From the NCBI RefSeq assembly GCF_001194135.2, contig NC_068990.1, forward strand, positions 57,083,283 to 57,119,330: 36,048 bases of DNA, given 5' to 3'. A program made the position numbers and the translations under genes. The DNA is from Octopus bimaculoides (taxonomy: Eukaryota). The notes beneath the pieces are model-generated. The model was not told the origin of the DNA, made no database searches, and saw only the letters and a list, made by a program, of their open reading frames with translations. Below are positions 1 to 12,259 of this stretch, in pieces. Each line of letters opens with the position of its first letter. Position 1 is the stretch's first letter.

Positions 1-26
1 ATATATATATATATATATATATATAC
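1..26. repeat. (AT)n microsatellite
   Basis: Pure AT dinucleotide run at the window start. Confidence 0.95.
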
Positions 27-919
27 TTATTTGCAGACTAACATACATACAGTAATAAACAATAAATAAGTTTTAATCAATTGAAATTGCTCCCACAACA
101 AGAATGAACTTCATCATAGCATTAATTAAAATTTTTGCCAAGGGAGATAAATTCAGCAAATTTAAATTGATTAAAAATTAGACTAAGACATGCTGTGTGG
201 AAACAATTTTGGTAAGCACAATTAGTTAAAAGTTCTTTACCATGTTATATACTTTAGGCAAAAAGGCAACCTTGTGAAATTTTTTGATGATCTTTATGTA
301 GGTGTAGAATATAACTATGAAGCATAAAAGTTGTTGACAAGAACACAATATGAACGTAATTGATTAAATCAACTCTAGCATCTTACTGATACTTGAGTTA
401 TTAACCCAATGAATAAAGACTAAGTCAATTGCATTGGAAATCAAAGTTATAATGTATACAAATGTTATATTCCACTATTTCTACTATGCCACTGCTCTGT
501 GGCCATACTAGCTATGGAAAAGAAAGTTAGGTGAGAGAAATCTTTAAAGGAAGTAATCAAATCTAAAATTAAAGATGTAAAACTAAAGACTAGAAGAAGA
601 GCTGTTGAGAAGATAACTGATCGATGTTACATAATTCATATTTTAAACTTTAACATATTACCAACTAAAATTACTGAAACAAAATCTTCACTGTTATTAG
701 GTCTAAGAGTTCAACAAATTAAAACTTCCATAAAGTGTGCAAAATATTGGAAAGCACTACTTGTTCTATGTACATATGCAAGTACACATAGGTTTTGCAT
801 CAAGTAAATAAAAGAAATTAATGTATTTACGAAAGTTAGCCATCTAAAATACTTCATTAATTAATAATTATAGTTATTATACATTCTGTGTGAGTTCTAC
901 CTGTCTTCTACCTATGAAA

Positions 920-1600
920 TCTAACAGTCTTCGGTTGCAGAGAACTAGGAAGTGATCAGTCGATAGGTCAGCTTTTGTTTTTACACAAACATCCAGCATG
1001 GATTCAAAGAGGTACAAGATGATAATAAAATTTATCAGTGATTACTGTCTCAAAGTATACTTGTATGAGGAATACATATGAATTAACCCTGAGCTGGAAG
1101 GTGTTCATAACAGAGAGCCCATTTCAAGAACAGAAGTCTGATTAGTCCTCTTCGTTTGCATTGAGTTCAGTGTTACCTTTCTTCCAAGCCACTCGATTCT
1201 GTGTCTGGTGATCAGTAACAGCATATGAATTGAAGTTTTGTTGTAGGACAAATGTTTGATTTTTAACAAAATCTAAATCCAAATCAGGAGTGACTTTGTC
1301 AAGGAAGAATTTGTATTCAGCTTTACTGTCTGGTGTGTATAGATTCAGCAACCACAATGATCCTTCCTTCAGCCTAAGCTTAAGGAGGCAAACCCTACCA
1401 GCATAGTCCAGCAGCCAGAAGCTTGTGAGTATCTCCACTCCTGGCTACACAGATATAGTTGGCACCACAGCAAAATAGTGGTGTTCCCACCCTCCATCCA
1501 AATCGATATTACCAGAGCCACAGAACCTTGTAACAGAGACACTCATTATATCTAGATGGTAGCATCTGGTTCCTCAACTAGTTCCTGCTATTTATTCATA
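920..1600 (-). mobile_element. Degenerate RTE-clade LINE, apurinic endonuclease region
   Basis: Minus translation GRVCLLKLRLKEGSLWLLNLYTP..EYKFFLDKV..VLQQNFNS..GNTELN..DFCS*NGLSVMNTF..MLDVCVKTKADLSTDHFLVLC follows the APE motif order (xxYAP, GDFN, DFC..NTFF, STDH). It contains stops and frameshifts. Confidence 0.8.
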
Positions 1601-1663
1601 AGGATTGTGACAATCCAGGTTCCTTTAACTAACAGTTTTTCCTAATATTCTCAGAGAGCCTGG

Positions 1664-1905
1664 AGTGGAGGTACATGGCTTTGCGGTTAGGGTGTTGGAC
1701 TCATGATCATAAGATGGTGGTTTCAATTCTTGGAGTGGGCAATGCATTATGTTCCTGATCAAAAAACATTTCATTTCATGTTACTCCAGTTCACTTAGCT
1801 GTCAAAGATGAGTAATCCTGCAAGAGATTGGTGTCCTGTATCATGGAAACCAGGAAACCTACCCTTATGAGTTGGTATGACTCAACAAAGTAAATTTACC
1901 TTTTT
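1664..1905 (+). mobile_element. tRNA-derived SINE, type C, copy 1 of tandem pair
   Basis: Head gtggaggtacatggc..ggtttcaattc (A/B-box like) and body catttcatgttactccagttcacttagctg. Homologous to 1906-2147 and 24848-25098. Confidence 0.8.
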
Positions 1906-2147
1906 AGTGGAGGTGCATGGTTAAGTGGTCCTGGTATTGGACTCATGATCGTAAAATTGTGGTTTTGGTTCCTGGACCAGGTGATACATTGTGTTCCTGA
2001 GTAAAGCAATTCATTTCACATTGCTCCAGTCCACTCAGCTGGCAAAAATAAGTAATTCTGTGACAGATGGATGTCCTGTTTAGGTGGGGAATTTATGTGC
2101 CACGGAAACTCACCCTTATGAGTTGGCATGACTTGAGAATGTAACTC
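1906..2147 (+). mobile_element. tRNA-derived SINE, type C, copy 2 of tandem pair
   Basis: Directly follows copy 1 and shares gtggaggtgcatgg, ggactcatgatc, ttgctccagtccactcagctggcaaaaa and cccttatgagttgg. Confidence 0.8.
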
Positions 2148-2149
2148 TA

Positions 2150-2640
2150 CTTTGCTGGGGTCCTGGGACTTGCATTCTTTGTGCTTCAACACTGTGCCTC
2201 CCAAAACAAGTTGCAGGATTACTGATAATTGTATCAGCACTGGGTGAAGACAGCAGCATATTTTTCAAACAAACCTGTCTACCTTTTGTTACACATCTTT
2301 TGTTGACTTGTGTGATCAACAATACGGTATGGTTACTTTTTCAAACTCTTTTAATATTGCAGATTTTTGTGGTGTTTTCCATACCAGGCACCAAGGTGGT
2401 ATTTGTATTGTTAAGTCCAGTGGGACTTACAGAAAAAAGTGGGGAGCCCTGGTATATGATGAAATTAGTAACAAATATGCAGGCACTGTTGCATTCAAAT
2501 TCATTGAAATTGAGTGAAGATTTGTTTTGTTCAGCAGCTTCGTTTCCAATGCTCAGTGTGGTGCCAGGTTAAACCAGGAAGTTGAAAATGCCATCTGAGC
2601 AAAGAAAGAGGCTTACAAAGCTCAGCTTGAAAACAATCTC
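2150..2640 (+). mobile_element. Degenerate RTE-clade LINE, endonuclease end and linker
   Basis: Translation ..KSSGTYRKKWGALVYDEISNKYAGTVAFKFIEIE*RFVLFSSFVSNAQCGARLNQEVENAI*AKKEAYKAQLENN resembles the RTE post-endonuclease linker (YRIKWEAL..IExEW..CG..WWNQEVKxAIRAKK), with TGG/CGA-type codons mutated to stops. Confidence 0.65.
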
Positions 2641-2860
2641 CATTTTGTACATGCAATATACTGAGGCATGAAAAGTTACTGTAGAGATAGTAAAAACGTC
2701 AAAAGTTAAGTTGTAGGAAGGATTTAGGGATATGTTGGTTTCTGTATAATGATAATGACAAGAACAACAAAAGCAACAAGATAATGTAGTAGTAGCAGCA
2801 GTAGTAGTCTCACAAGCACCACTACTAACAATTTCCTGTTCGAGATCTTGTAAATTTCGT

Positions 2861-2920
2861 GTCTACTAACATGACTGATGAAACAGTTAATGCATAAAAG
2901 TGAAAACTAGTAGACGTGTG
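2861..2920 (+). ncRNA. Decayed hammerhead-like motif
   Basis: CTGATGA at 2875-2881, GAAA at 2902-2905, palindrome ACTAGT at 2906-2911, GUA triplet. Stems I and II are poorly paired. Confidence 0.3.
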
Positions 2921-3766
2921 CTATGCACCAGTGAGGTGAAGAGTTACTACAGTCAGATAAGGCAAGAACACAAGAACAAATTCCTCTGTGTAACATGTCT
3001 ACTGTGATCAGTGAATTTGACCACAGTCAAAGCATAAGTTGGTGGTCCACTACTCTATCAACTCAGCTGTTTTCGCTTTACACTGACCAATCAGACCAGG
3101 AACAGAGAGCCTCTATATAGTTACTTATAGTTGCTTGACTAACTAAAAGAATCATGTATGTTTAAAATGACACTTTATCTAAATAAAAACAGACTAAGAC
3201 AAGAGGATCCTGGCATGAGTTTACCATGGGACATAGTTATTACTGAGGCATGAATGATTCAGTCTGGAACTTTTGCACCATGTATTGAAAGCCTCCATCT
3301 ACCTTCTCTCACTAAAGTGTCCCAATTAAATCTTCTGATTTTGTTATTTAAATTTACTTAATTAGTGAAAGCTTTCTGTTTTTCACTCAAAGATTACATT
3401 CTCACTAGAAAATGAGACAGGTCTTGCACATCAAATCTTATACTAGTGAAGAATGCGCCTTTTGTCAGCAACTATTGTTTTAGAATTTTGGGACTGAGGG
3501 AAAACAGAGTTGGAAGCAAAAAACTGGAGAAATATATACATTCAAAGTTAAATAATGGGATGGACTAAACATAGCAAGGGAAGATACATGGGACTGAGAG
3601 TCACTGATGAGGTCACAATGTGTGATGAAAGAAATTTAACTGGTGTATATGCAAAAGATAATATAAATAAAAACTAAAGTGAAGATTGAGTAAATAGTGC
3701 TTGCAGTTAATTAGCAAAAGGAAAAAGAAAAGACCATCCCCAAGTATAATGGCTAAATTCTTTTAG

Positions 3767-4049
3767 TCTTTTATTCTTTTGCTTGTTTCAGTCAATTGAC
3801 TGTAGCCATGCTGGAGCACTACCTTAAAGGGTTTTAGTTGAAGAAATTGATCCCAGGACTTATTCTTTGTAAGCTTAGTACTTATTTTGCTGGACTGCTA
3901 AGCTAAGTTATGGAGATGTGAACACACCAACATTGGTTGTCAAGCGATGGTGGTGGGGAGGACAAACACAGATACTAAGGCGCACACATGAACATATACA
4001 TATATGCATACATACATATATACATACACACACACATATACATATATAC

Positions 4050-4097
<48 letters not shown>

Positions 4098-4324
4098 ATA
4101 TGTATGTATATATATATGTATATATATATGTATATATATATATATGTGTATTTATATATATATATATATACGATGGACTTTCAGTCTACCAATTCCACTC
4201 ACAGGGCTTTGATTGGCCTGAGGCTGTAGTAGAAGACACTTACCAAAAGTGCCACTCTGCAGGATTGAACCCAGAAGTCTGTGATTGGGAAGCAAGCTTC
4301 TTATCACACAGCCACTCCTACACC
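3767..4324 (-). mobile_element. tRNA-derived SINE, type A, with expanded internal (AT/AC) microsatellite
   Basis: Reverse complement reads ggtgtaggagtggctgtgtg..gggttcaatcc..gtgtcttctactacagcc..[microsatellite]..cttgacaacc..gctccagcatggctacagtcaattgactgaaacaagc. Confidence 0.9.
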
Positions 4325-4439
4325 TTATAATTATTATTTTTTTTTCTTTTGAAACTTTTAAATTCCATTTAAAAAGAAATAAATGAGACAGAGCTCTATA
4401 ATACAGAGAACAACTGGGCAGTTCTAAAGGACAAATTAC

Positions 4440-4770
4440 TGCAAGTCGCAAAGGAGTTCTGTCTTATATGTCACAAAGTTAGTCCAAGATAAGATTAGCT
4501 AAGATAACGTATAAGTTACATTTGTACCGAACATGAAATCACAGATGCCATATTTCTAGTAAGATGATCATAAGATACACAAAGGTTTATAATTGCAGGT
4601 GATAATAGGAGAAATTAACTTATAAGTACATCACTACTTCTCAACTGATAATTTGGAGGTTGTCAACAAGATATCTTATATTGTATTCAACTGGGAACTA
4701 TATAAAATGGGTGTATATGAAATACAAGAAAGAACTGGACAAGCAATGCACAAAGGTATTTGAAACATAT
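4440..4770 (+). mobile_element. Highly degenerate RTE reverse transcriptase fragment
   Basis: Scattered translations FVP..ITDAIFLVR and DNLEVVNKI..WELYKMGVYE resemble RTE RT motifs (GFVPGRSTTDAIFLVRQ; DLEKAFDRV..WWxLRKLGV). Confidence 0.45.
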
Positions 4771-4974
4771 AGTCAATAAGAAGTTTATTGAGGAATTCAA
4801 TGTGGAATAGACACCAATAGATGTTTACAAAAGCTATCTTCAGCCCTAATTATTTACAATTTGAGTTTTTAAAGTTACAATAAAATGCCTTAGATTTGAT
4901 AGCTTCCTAAAATCTATATATACCAATGATCTACTGAATCTGTTAAAGGACTCCAAAAAAAGTTCTAAATTGTC

Positions 4975-5310
4975 GGACATGGTTGTGTGGTAAGAAGTTT
5001 TCTTCCCAATCATGTGGTTTCAGGTTTGGTCCCATTGTAAGGCACCTCAAGCACGTGTCTTCTACTATAGCCTTGGGCTGACCAAAACCTTGTGAGGGGA
5101 TTTAGGAGATACAAATGTAAGAAGTCTGTGTTTGTACCTCAGCACTGCTCAACAACCGATGTTGGTGTGCTTACATCCTTGAAGTTTAGCAGTTCAGTAA
5201 AAGAGACCAATAGAATGAGTACCGGGTCAAATCATTCAACTAAAAATTCTTCAAGGAGGGGTCCCAGCATGGCCAGAGTTTAGTGACTGAAACAAGTAAA
5301 AGATAAAAGA
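4975..5310 (+). mobile_element. SINE type A lacking the internal microsatellite
   Basis: tggttgtgtggtaagaag..gtgtcttctactatagcc..caaccgatgttggtgtg..ccagcatggcc..tgactgaaacaagtaaaagataaaaga. Confidence 0.85.
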
Positions 5311-5739
5311 TTAAAGAAAGTTAGATTATGAAAAATGTGACAATGTATGACATCTGCTTTAAATATTTATGCATCTCTACCATATTTTGGTATAGTCTCA
5401 TAGTGAGTGTGTTATTAGACGGATAATATGAACTATATTTGCAAGTACATTGACACAAGAATTGAGAATATGATAGCATATTAAAAGCAATTATGTGTAT
5501 GTACATATTGATATCAGTGTATATATGTTATGTATGTGTTGATCACAATCCTGTTAAAATCCATATGCCAAATTGTCATGGCAGATAAAATTTTCTTATA
5601 TTTCATATTTTAATAATTGGGGTATTTTAACTTGAGGAGATGTCAGAAGGAACAATCAATAGCTTACTGTGAATATAACCAAGCTTATCAGACAGTACAT
5701 TTACATGTAAGTAATTATTGGAAATATAGAAAGACAGGC

Positions 5740-5800
5740 ATATATATACATATATATATGTATGTGTATGTATGTATGTATGTATGTATGTATGTATGTA

Positions 5801-5848
<48 letters not shown>

Positions 5849-5885
5849 AATATATATGCATTTATTTTATATATATATATATGTA
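5740..5885. repeat. Compound (TATG)n/(TG)n/(TA)n microsatellite
   Basis: Direct reading. Confidence 0.9.
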
Positions 5886-6259
5886 TAATCATATGAAGGC
5901 TGTTGGATTAATTAACTAGGAAATTTTAATAATATTAAGGCAACAGATTTCTAACCAAGGAATAATAGTAACATAGTTATTGGTTGGTTTAATAGCATTA
6001 ATAATAAAAAATGTCTTCAAATTCAAAAGTTGATATTGTCAAATTTTATCCTACTATCTCAAAATCCCTCCTGATCAACATTCAGACTTTGCTAAGATAT
6101 ATAATAACAGATAATGAAATTTAGATTATTATGCATATTGGAAAATATCTGCTTTCTGATGGAGATTCAGTTTGACTGAAAAATATCAGATCCACTTGAT
6201 TCTTTTTATGTAAGTGTAGGATAATATAGTAGCACTGAGACTTGTGATTGTAAAGGACT

Positions 6260-6410
6260 GTCACTCTGTGAGTTACAATGGCAAGGGTTTCAGTTGATCG
6301 GATCAACAGAACAACCTGCTTGCGAAATTACCATGCAAGTAGCTGAGCACTCCACAGACATGCTGCATAACCATAACATAGTTCTCAGGGAGATCACATC
6401 AGAGTTAACC
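6260..6410 (-). mobile_element. 3' part of SINE type B
   Basis: gttgatcggatcaacagaacaacctgcttgcgaaattaccatgcaagt is the reverse complement homolog of 15160-15210. Confidence 0.7.
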
Positions 6411-6851
6411 AATATGGAAGGCAATATGGTGACTGAGAACATTCAGTTCACCTCCGACATTAGAGAACAGGCACCATATTCCTTTCCATATCGGCTAACT
6501 CTGATGAGCATAAGGTTATATAATCAGATTGTTACCTAACACTCCATTGTATTCTTTGTGCAAAACCAATTGGTAAGATCAGCCATGATAGATATATAAT
6601 ACACATATAATACTGTACATTTTTGATTATATATATACTTGTATATGCAATGAGATAAACTGATAATATCTGTATTGATTTAAAACATTATTTGTATTAA
6701 CACAGACATGTAATTAATATATTTATTATAAAATATAATAAGACAAATTAATTTTACATGCTTTAAGGTGTGAAACAAATGTTGTGATATATGATTTTTC
6801 TAATGGTTAAATAAATTTCATCATAGTATTTCTCTCATCATTCATAACCTT

Positions 6852-6854
<3 letters not shown>

Positions 6855-6896
<42 letters not shown>

Positions 6897-7318
6897 NNNN
6901 NNNNNNNNNNNNNNNNNNNNNNNNNNNNNNNNNNNNNNNNNNNNNNNNNNNNNNNNNNNNNNNNNNNNNNNNNNNNNNNNNNNNNNNNNNNNNNNNATAT
7001 GCGTGCGGTTTGCTCTGTGGATCGCACGTGGGTTATTTTGTGTGTGCATGTGCGTAGTATGTGTGAGTGTATGTGTAATGTTTGTTGTGTGTGTATATGA
7101 GTTATGTGTGGGTTCACTTGCGTGTGTGTTCATGTATGTATACCTGTGTGTGTGTGAGAGTGTGTGTTGTGTGTCTGTAGGAGTTATGTGTGGGTTCATT
7201 TGCATGTGTGTGTATGTGAGTTCGTTTCTACATGTGTGTGTATGTGTCTTGTGTGTGTGCGTGTGTGTATGTATGTATACTTGGGTGTGTGTGTGAGTGC
7301 GTGTTGTGTATGTGTACG
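6855..7318. repeat. (TG)n run, 100-N gap (6897-6996) and degenerate TG-rich satellite
   Basis: Direct reading. It generates the spurious THTH/CVCV ORFs. Confidence 0.9.
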
Positions 7319-7322
7319 AAAT

Positions 7323-7650
7323 CAACCCCAGCACTTATTCTTTGTAAGCCAAGTACTTATCCTATCGGTCTCTTTTGCAGAACTGCTATGTTACAGCAAC
7401 ATTAAAAAAAAAACAACATCAGTTGTCAACTGATGGTGAGGTGACAAACACAGACATACACACACAAAAATATGTACATAATATATATGATGAGCTCCTT
7501 TTAGTTTCTGCCTACTAAATCCACTCAAAATGTTTTGGTCAGCCCAACTCTACAGTAGAAGACATTTGCCCAAGGTGCCATACAGTGGGACTGAACCCAG
7601 AAGCATGTGGTTGGCAAGCAAGTTTCTTATCTCACAAGCATGTCTATGCC
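7323..7650 (-). mobile_element. SINE type A, 3' truncated
   Basis: cttattctttgtaagcc..agtagaagacatttgcccaaggtgcc..cagtgggactgaaccc matches the other type A copies. Confidence 0.85.
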
Positions 7651-8034
7651 TATGTATATATATATATAACCTGAAATTAACAACCACAAATCCTGAAATT
7701 GTAGTTACCTAGTCAAAATAATAATTTATTCCACCATTTATTAAGCTGAAATCAGTTGTCTTTTGAGCAAATAATGTTTAAACAAGAGATACTTGTAAAG
7801 AAGAAGATATAAAGGAAAAAAACACATGGAAGATAACTAATGTTACAATAATTCGATGTCAAGGAGACATAAACCAGATGTTAATGGTTTACTAAGTGTT
7901 CGGTGGTCTACATTTAAATTCTGACAAGATGTATTTTTTGAAATGTGGACATAAAGAAAAAATCTCGTTCCTTGAATGTTTTTACTGTTGAAGTATTACC
8001 ACATATGTATATATGTATATATATATATATGTAT

Positions 8035-8089
<55 letters not shown>

Positions 8090-8169
8090 AAATAATGTTT
8101 TTTCTGATGTCAACATTTCTTGGTTTCAAATCACTTGGATCGGCCAAACTTTCTGATACTGAGTCAGGT

Positions 8170-8530
8170 GCGCTGGCTTCAATATTCAGTCCATTCCCCT
8201 AATGCCCTTGCTATTCTCCTCCACGTTGTTCCAAACATCTTTCTTAAATCATCTTCCCAACTGATTGGAGCTCTTCCAAGTAGTCTCTTCTGCTTGTGTG
8301 GGTACCACTCGACAACTGTGAATCTTGCAACATGAACAGCCTATTGTAGCTTTGCATGACGGTATTTTGTGATGCGTCCTTCACTCTAGTTCTATCATCG
8401 ATCTTGTTGTTCCAGGTATGATCTCTTAGTGAGAGTCCCAACATCGCCCTTTCCAATGCTCTCTGCACAGTAAGCCATTTCAAATAAGGTCCTTTATTCC
8501 GTGTCTTCACAGAACATGTTTCAAAGCACC
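8170..8530 (-). mobile_element. RTE LINE ORF2 C-terminal relic
   Basis: Minus translation ETCSV..QRALERAMLGLSLRDHTWNNKIDDRTRVKD followed by ..GRAPISWEDDLRKMFGTTWRRIAR, typical of RTE C-termini (QRAMERxMLGxxLRDxxRN; GRPxxRWxDD). Confidence 0.8.
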
Positions 8531-11500
8531 AGAACCAAAACTTTTCTCTTTGTATGAGCTCAATAAGAAACTTTACCGTAATCAAATAAAAACTAAAGCT
8601 ATGACAGCAATTTCAATAGGAACGAAAGAGCATGGAGCTAATGAATCTCAAATATATCATATTAAGTAATATATGTGTAGACACAAATTTCTGTGTTACT
8701 GAGGCTCTAATCTTTGTTAAAAAAACAACAGATATTGAAATTCATGTTTGATGCACACACATACACATGTACACACACACAAACATACACACATGAACAC
8801 ACTGCATGGTACTTGATCAAAAACTTTTGTCAATGATCAGAATTTAAAAGTAAGAAGTTTTCATACTACTTTCTTTGTGTTTTACTTGAAAGAGAATTTG
8901 TAGCAGCAATAATGGTATATTTGAGACTTAGTAACACTTTTATCTTTGCTGTAATCATTAAAAAGTTTTTGGTTCTTAAGATATGAAAAAGTTATAGAAG
9001 ATTGCGCGATAAGTGAAGAAAGCAAGTCAAAAATGCTAAGCTTCAAATGTATTGAAATAATCAAACAATGTCTTAAGAAAAAAAAAATCATGCAAACAGC
9101 CAACTGTATAATATTAAGAGCAATAGAATTTGTTTTCTTTTGCTATTGTCTTTTCTTTCCTAAGCTGATTTAGCTATCAATGCTGACTTGCAGAGACCAA
9201 TTAGTTTGCCTAATTATTTCAGCAAAATTCTCCGTTTTTATTTCCCTTTCAAACCTACTCATCTCTTCAGGACCAGTCTTAATCACATTAAGTCCAAATG
9301 ACCTTAATAGGAATCCTAATAGAACTACCAGCATGCAAAATCTCTAATTTCCTCTCATAAAGTTGGTTGTATTTTATTTTGTCTTTTGCTTGTTTTGTGT
9401 ATTCTTCTAAGAGAAGTGAAGGTGATCTATTTAGAAATGTTTGTACAAAAGATTAAGTGGAAAACTGCTGGCTGTTGAACAAATTCAAACTCTACAAAAA
9501 TTACCGCAGGCTGTGCTGACTGGCTGCAATAAACAATAATTATTAGTATTTGTTAGTTGCTCTCTGCATAAGAACTATTGTGCTAGGCTGCAAATGGAGG
9601 CTATTTTCTGCTAAATTTGTTTGATAAGGATTAAATAACATCAAGTAATTCAATTGGCCAAGCACCAAATGCTTATTGTTGCTATCCATGTTATTGGTTT
9701 TTCACTGAATATCAAGTCATATTAGCACTGTAGTAATTTGGTGTCTTGAAAAAGTTTGCTTATTCAAATAGCCTTCAAAGAAACAAAAAGCTAAAATGAC
9801 AAACAGTATTTTGCTGAGTTCCTACAGGTGAATTCTACAAAATGAAGTGGGAGATATTCAGATAATTATTTTTATTGAAATGAATTCTAATTCTAATCTA
9901 TTTCTTCAATGGAGAAAAATGCACTTTGAAGATGCTGGACATACCTTCTTCACATAGTTTTAAAAACATTTAATTTTGCTTTTATCTTAGGGTTAACATT
10001 AGTTGTACTTATAACCGAGGAAAACAAATAACTAGACAATGGAACTAATTCTATTATTGGAAAAAATAAAAAGGGATCCAATGCCATTATTGAATTTGAA
10101 GATTAATTAATCTTTTATTAAATTCAAAATTATGCAGAACTCTTTAAAAGAAATTAAATATATTTCCAAGATTGATCAAGCAATTTGTACTTTAAATAGA
10201 ATGTATATAAAAAGAAATTATTTACCAATGGTATTCAGCAAATAAAAATTTGTATGACCAAAACAAAAATTCTTTATCAAATTATATTTTCCTTGGCTAA
10301 AGTCCAAATCCAAACAATGTGTTGTCTATATTTCCTTAGCTAAATTAATTCCATTTCATTTGATTCCATGCCTAAATTTTGAACCAAATCTTTCTGTTGG
10401 ATGATTGTTCAAATAAGAAAGTTAACATGATACAGTATTTACATTTTTCTTTATTAAGATCCACATGCAATTAATGTAATACTTTCTCATAACAACTGGG
10501 TTTTCATGTATTTAGTCATGCAAATTGTATAAAAAGGCAGGGAAAACACTTCAAAACTACATATATCACTAGTTTCTTGAACTTTGAGAGGTGCTGATAT
10601 ATCACCAAGTTGAATGAAAGTTGCTTTGTCGTTACTTATGTTCTAGACAAATTTCTATGCAAATGTTTGTTTACATAATTACCATGTGTTAAATTGACAT
10701 CTGCTTGGGAATTATAACTTTTTTGTTATATGCAATGATATCACAAATGACCATCTATATGAAGGGCTGATGTAGTTATTTAACTCCCAAGTCTGTCCTA
10801 ATCAAACAGAGCTTTGATCAAAGACATTCTAACTTTCGTTTTCCAGAAATAGTCTGCATAAGGTAATATTACTGCATATATTTTTTACTAATTTGAAGAT
10901 TGCAAGATGATCTGAGAGAGCGTTGTTGCTAATTTTAACAGTTTGAGTAGTCATACAGAGTCCCTTTTATACTGGTTTGATGTTTGTTGGTAAACAAGCA
11001 AAAAAGTAGCTCTGTGGAAATTTTTGTCAGTAAGCAGATCCAGCAAGTGTCTCTTTCTCCTCACTAATGTGCTCTTTCATAATAGCCATAACACTAAGCC
11101 CTGAAATGAAAGAGCCCTTTGTTTTATAGCAGAGTATGGTGTCTAAAAGTAAGGATAAAGAAATATATATATTAAAAAATCCTGTTAGGTAGTTCAAGTA
11201 AGCAATAACTAGATCTGAATAAATCATTATGTCCAGATATCTGTACTACCAGGGTCATTATCTCTTTCTTAATCCAGAATATTAAGCTAGGTCAGATTTC
11301 TAGTGACTTGTAATTTCAATTTTGGGTCGGCTTTGTAACACTAGTCATTATTTCAGCATGTCAAAGTGTTGACCAAATAATGACTATAAATGGTAGATAT
11401 AACAAGGAGAGATATTATTTAAGTAAGCTTCCTTTGTAAATTTGGGAAAGGGACAAGCAATATATGATCAATGACAATCAGTAAAATTTGGGAATACCTG

Positions 11501-11755
11501 TGATTCCTTTAGAAAGAACCAAATCAAGTAAAAAGAATTGATTTGGTTATTATTGTCTCACTCCTAGCCATACCTAAACCAGCAGAACTTTGATAAAATG
11601 CAATAAAGCTGTAATAATCCCATATTTTCCTCTGAGGTGTAACCTGACTAGGACCACATTATCCAAGATACATGTATTTCTACTTACATTTTTTAAGGTA
11701 TCAGTTTAGGCAGTTGGTTAGCAGAACAATAAATGGAATGTGTTATGATATTTAT

Positions 11756-11938
11756 TTAGGCTTTCTGTACTCTGTGTTCAAGTTCTGCTGCATTCAACTT
11801 GGCTTTATGTCCTTTTGCAATAAATAAAATATCAGCTAGAGTAGCTTTCTCTTTCCCTGTCACATCCTGGATGTTTTCCTGGATTAATGATAGGGAGGCA
11901 AAAAGGGTGTCTGTGTCAGTTTGGGATAATATGGGCAC
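11756..11938 (-). CDS. Candidate terminal coding exon of an unidentified gene (VPILSQTDTDTLFASLSLIQENIQDVTGKEKATLADILFIAKGHKAKLNAAELEHRVQKA*)
   Basis: Acceptor ttccaagcttttgctaaatgtttcag|GTG. Only the phase-0 frame stays open (60 codons to TAA). AATAAA overlaps the stop. The peptide is non-repetitive and helical-looking. No partner exon or homolog recognised. Confidence 0.4.
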   Translation of the reverse strand: MPILSQTDTDTLFASLSLIQENIQDVTGKEKATLADILFIAKGHKAKLNAAELEHRVQKA

Positions 11939-12259
11939 CTGAAACATTTAGCAAAAGCTTGGAAAATGTGGATGCTAAGTAATCCACAATTGCTAGTGAT
12001 AGCCATGCATATATATATTTTACAGGTTGTGACTTAAGATCAGCTTTTCCTGTTTTTAGCAAGTTGAATTACTGCTGAGGTTGATGTACTGAGTAGGGCC
12101 TTAGAGAAAAATCACATGATGATTCATTTTAATAGATAAAACAAATACTATTGGTGTTTGTGGATATTATTTCTATGCATTAGGCTTTCATTTTCATGTG
12201 AAAATATTTTACCTAAATGGCAGAAGGGAAAAAACAATGGCTGAAGGCATAGAAAGATG

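Noticed and set aside
535-807. About 90 stop-free codons on the plus strand
   Set aside because: No start or splice signals and no homology recognised, so it is compatible with chance.
2361-2450. Apparent exon after the acceptor ttttaatattgcag
   Set aside because: The sequence is in frame with an RTE linker relic, so it is better explained as LINE-derived.
3604-3645. CTGATGA-gGTCAC..GTGAT-GAAA hammerhead-like core
   Set aside because: No stem III and no NUH triplet (AAC), so it is probably chance.
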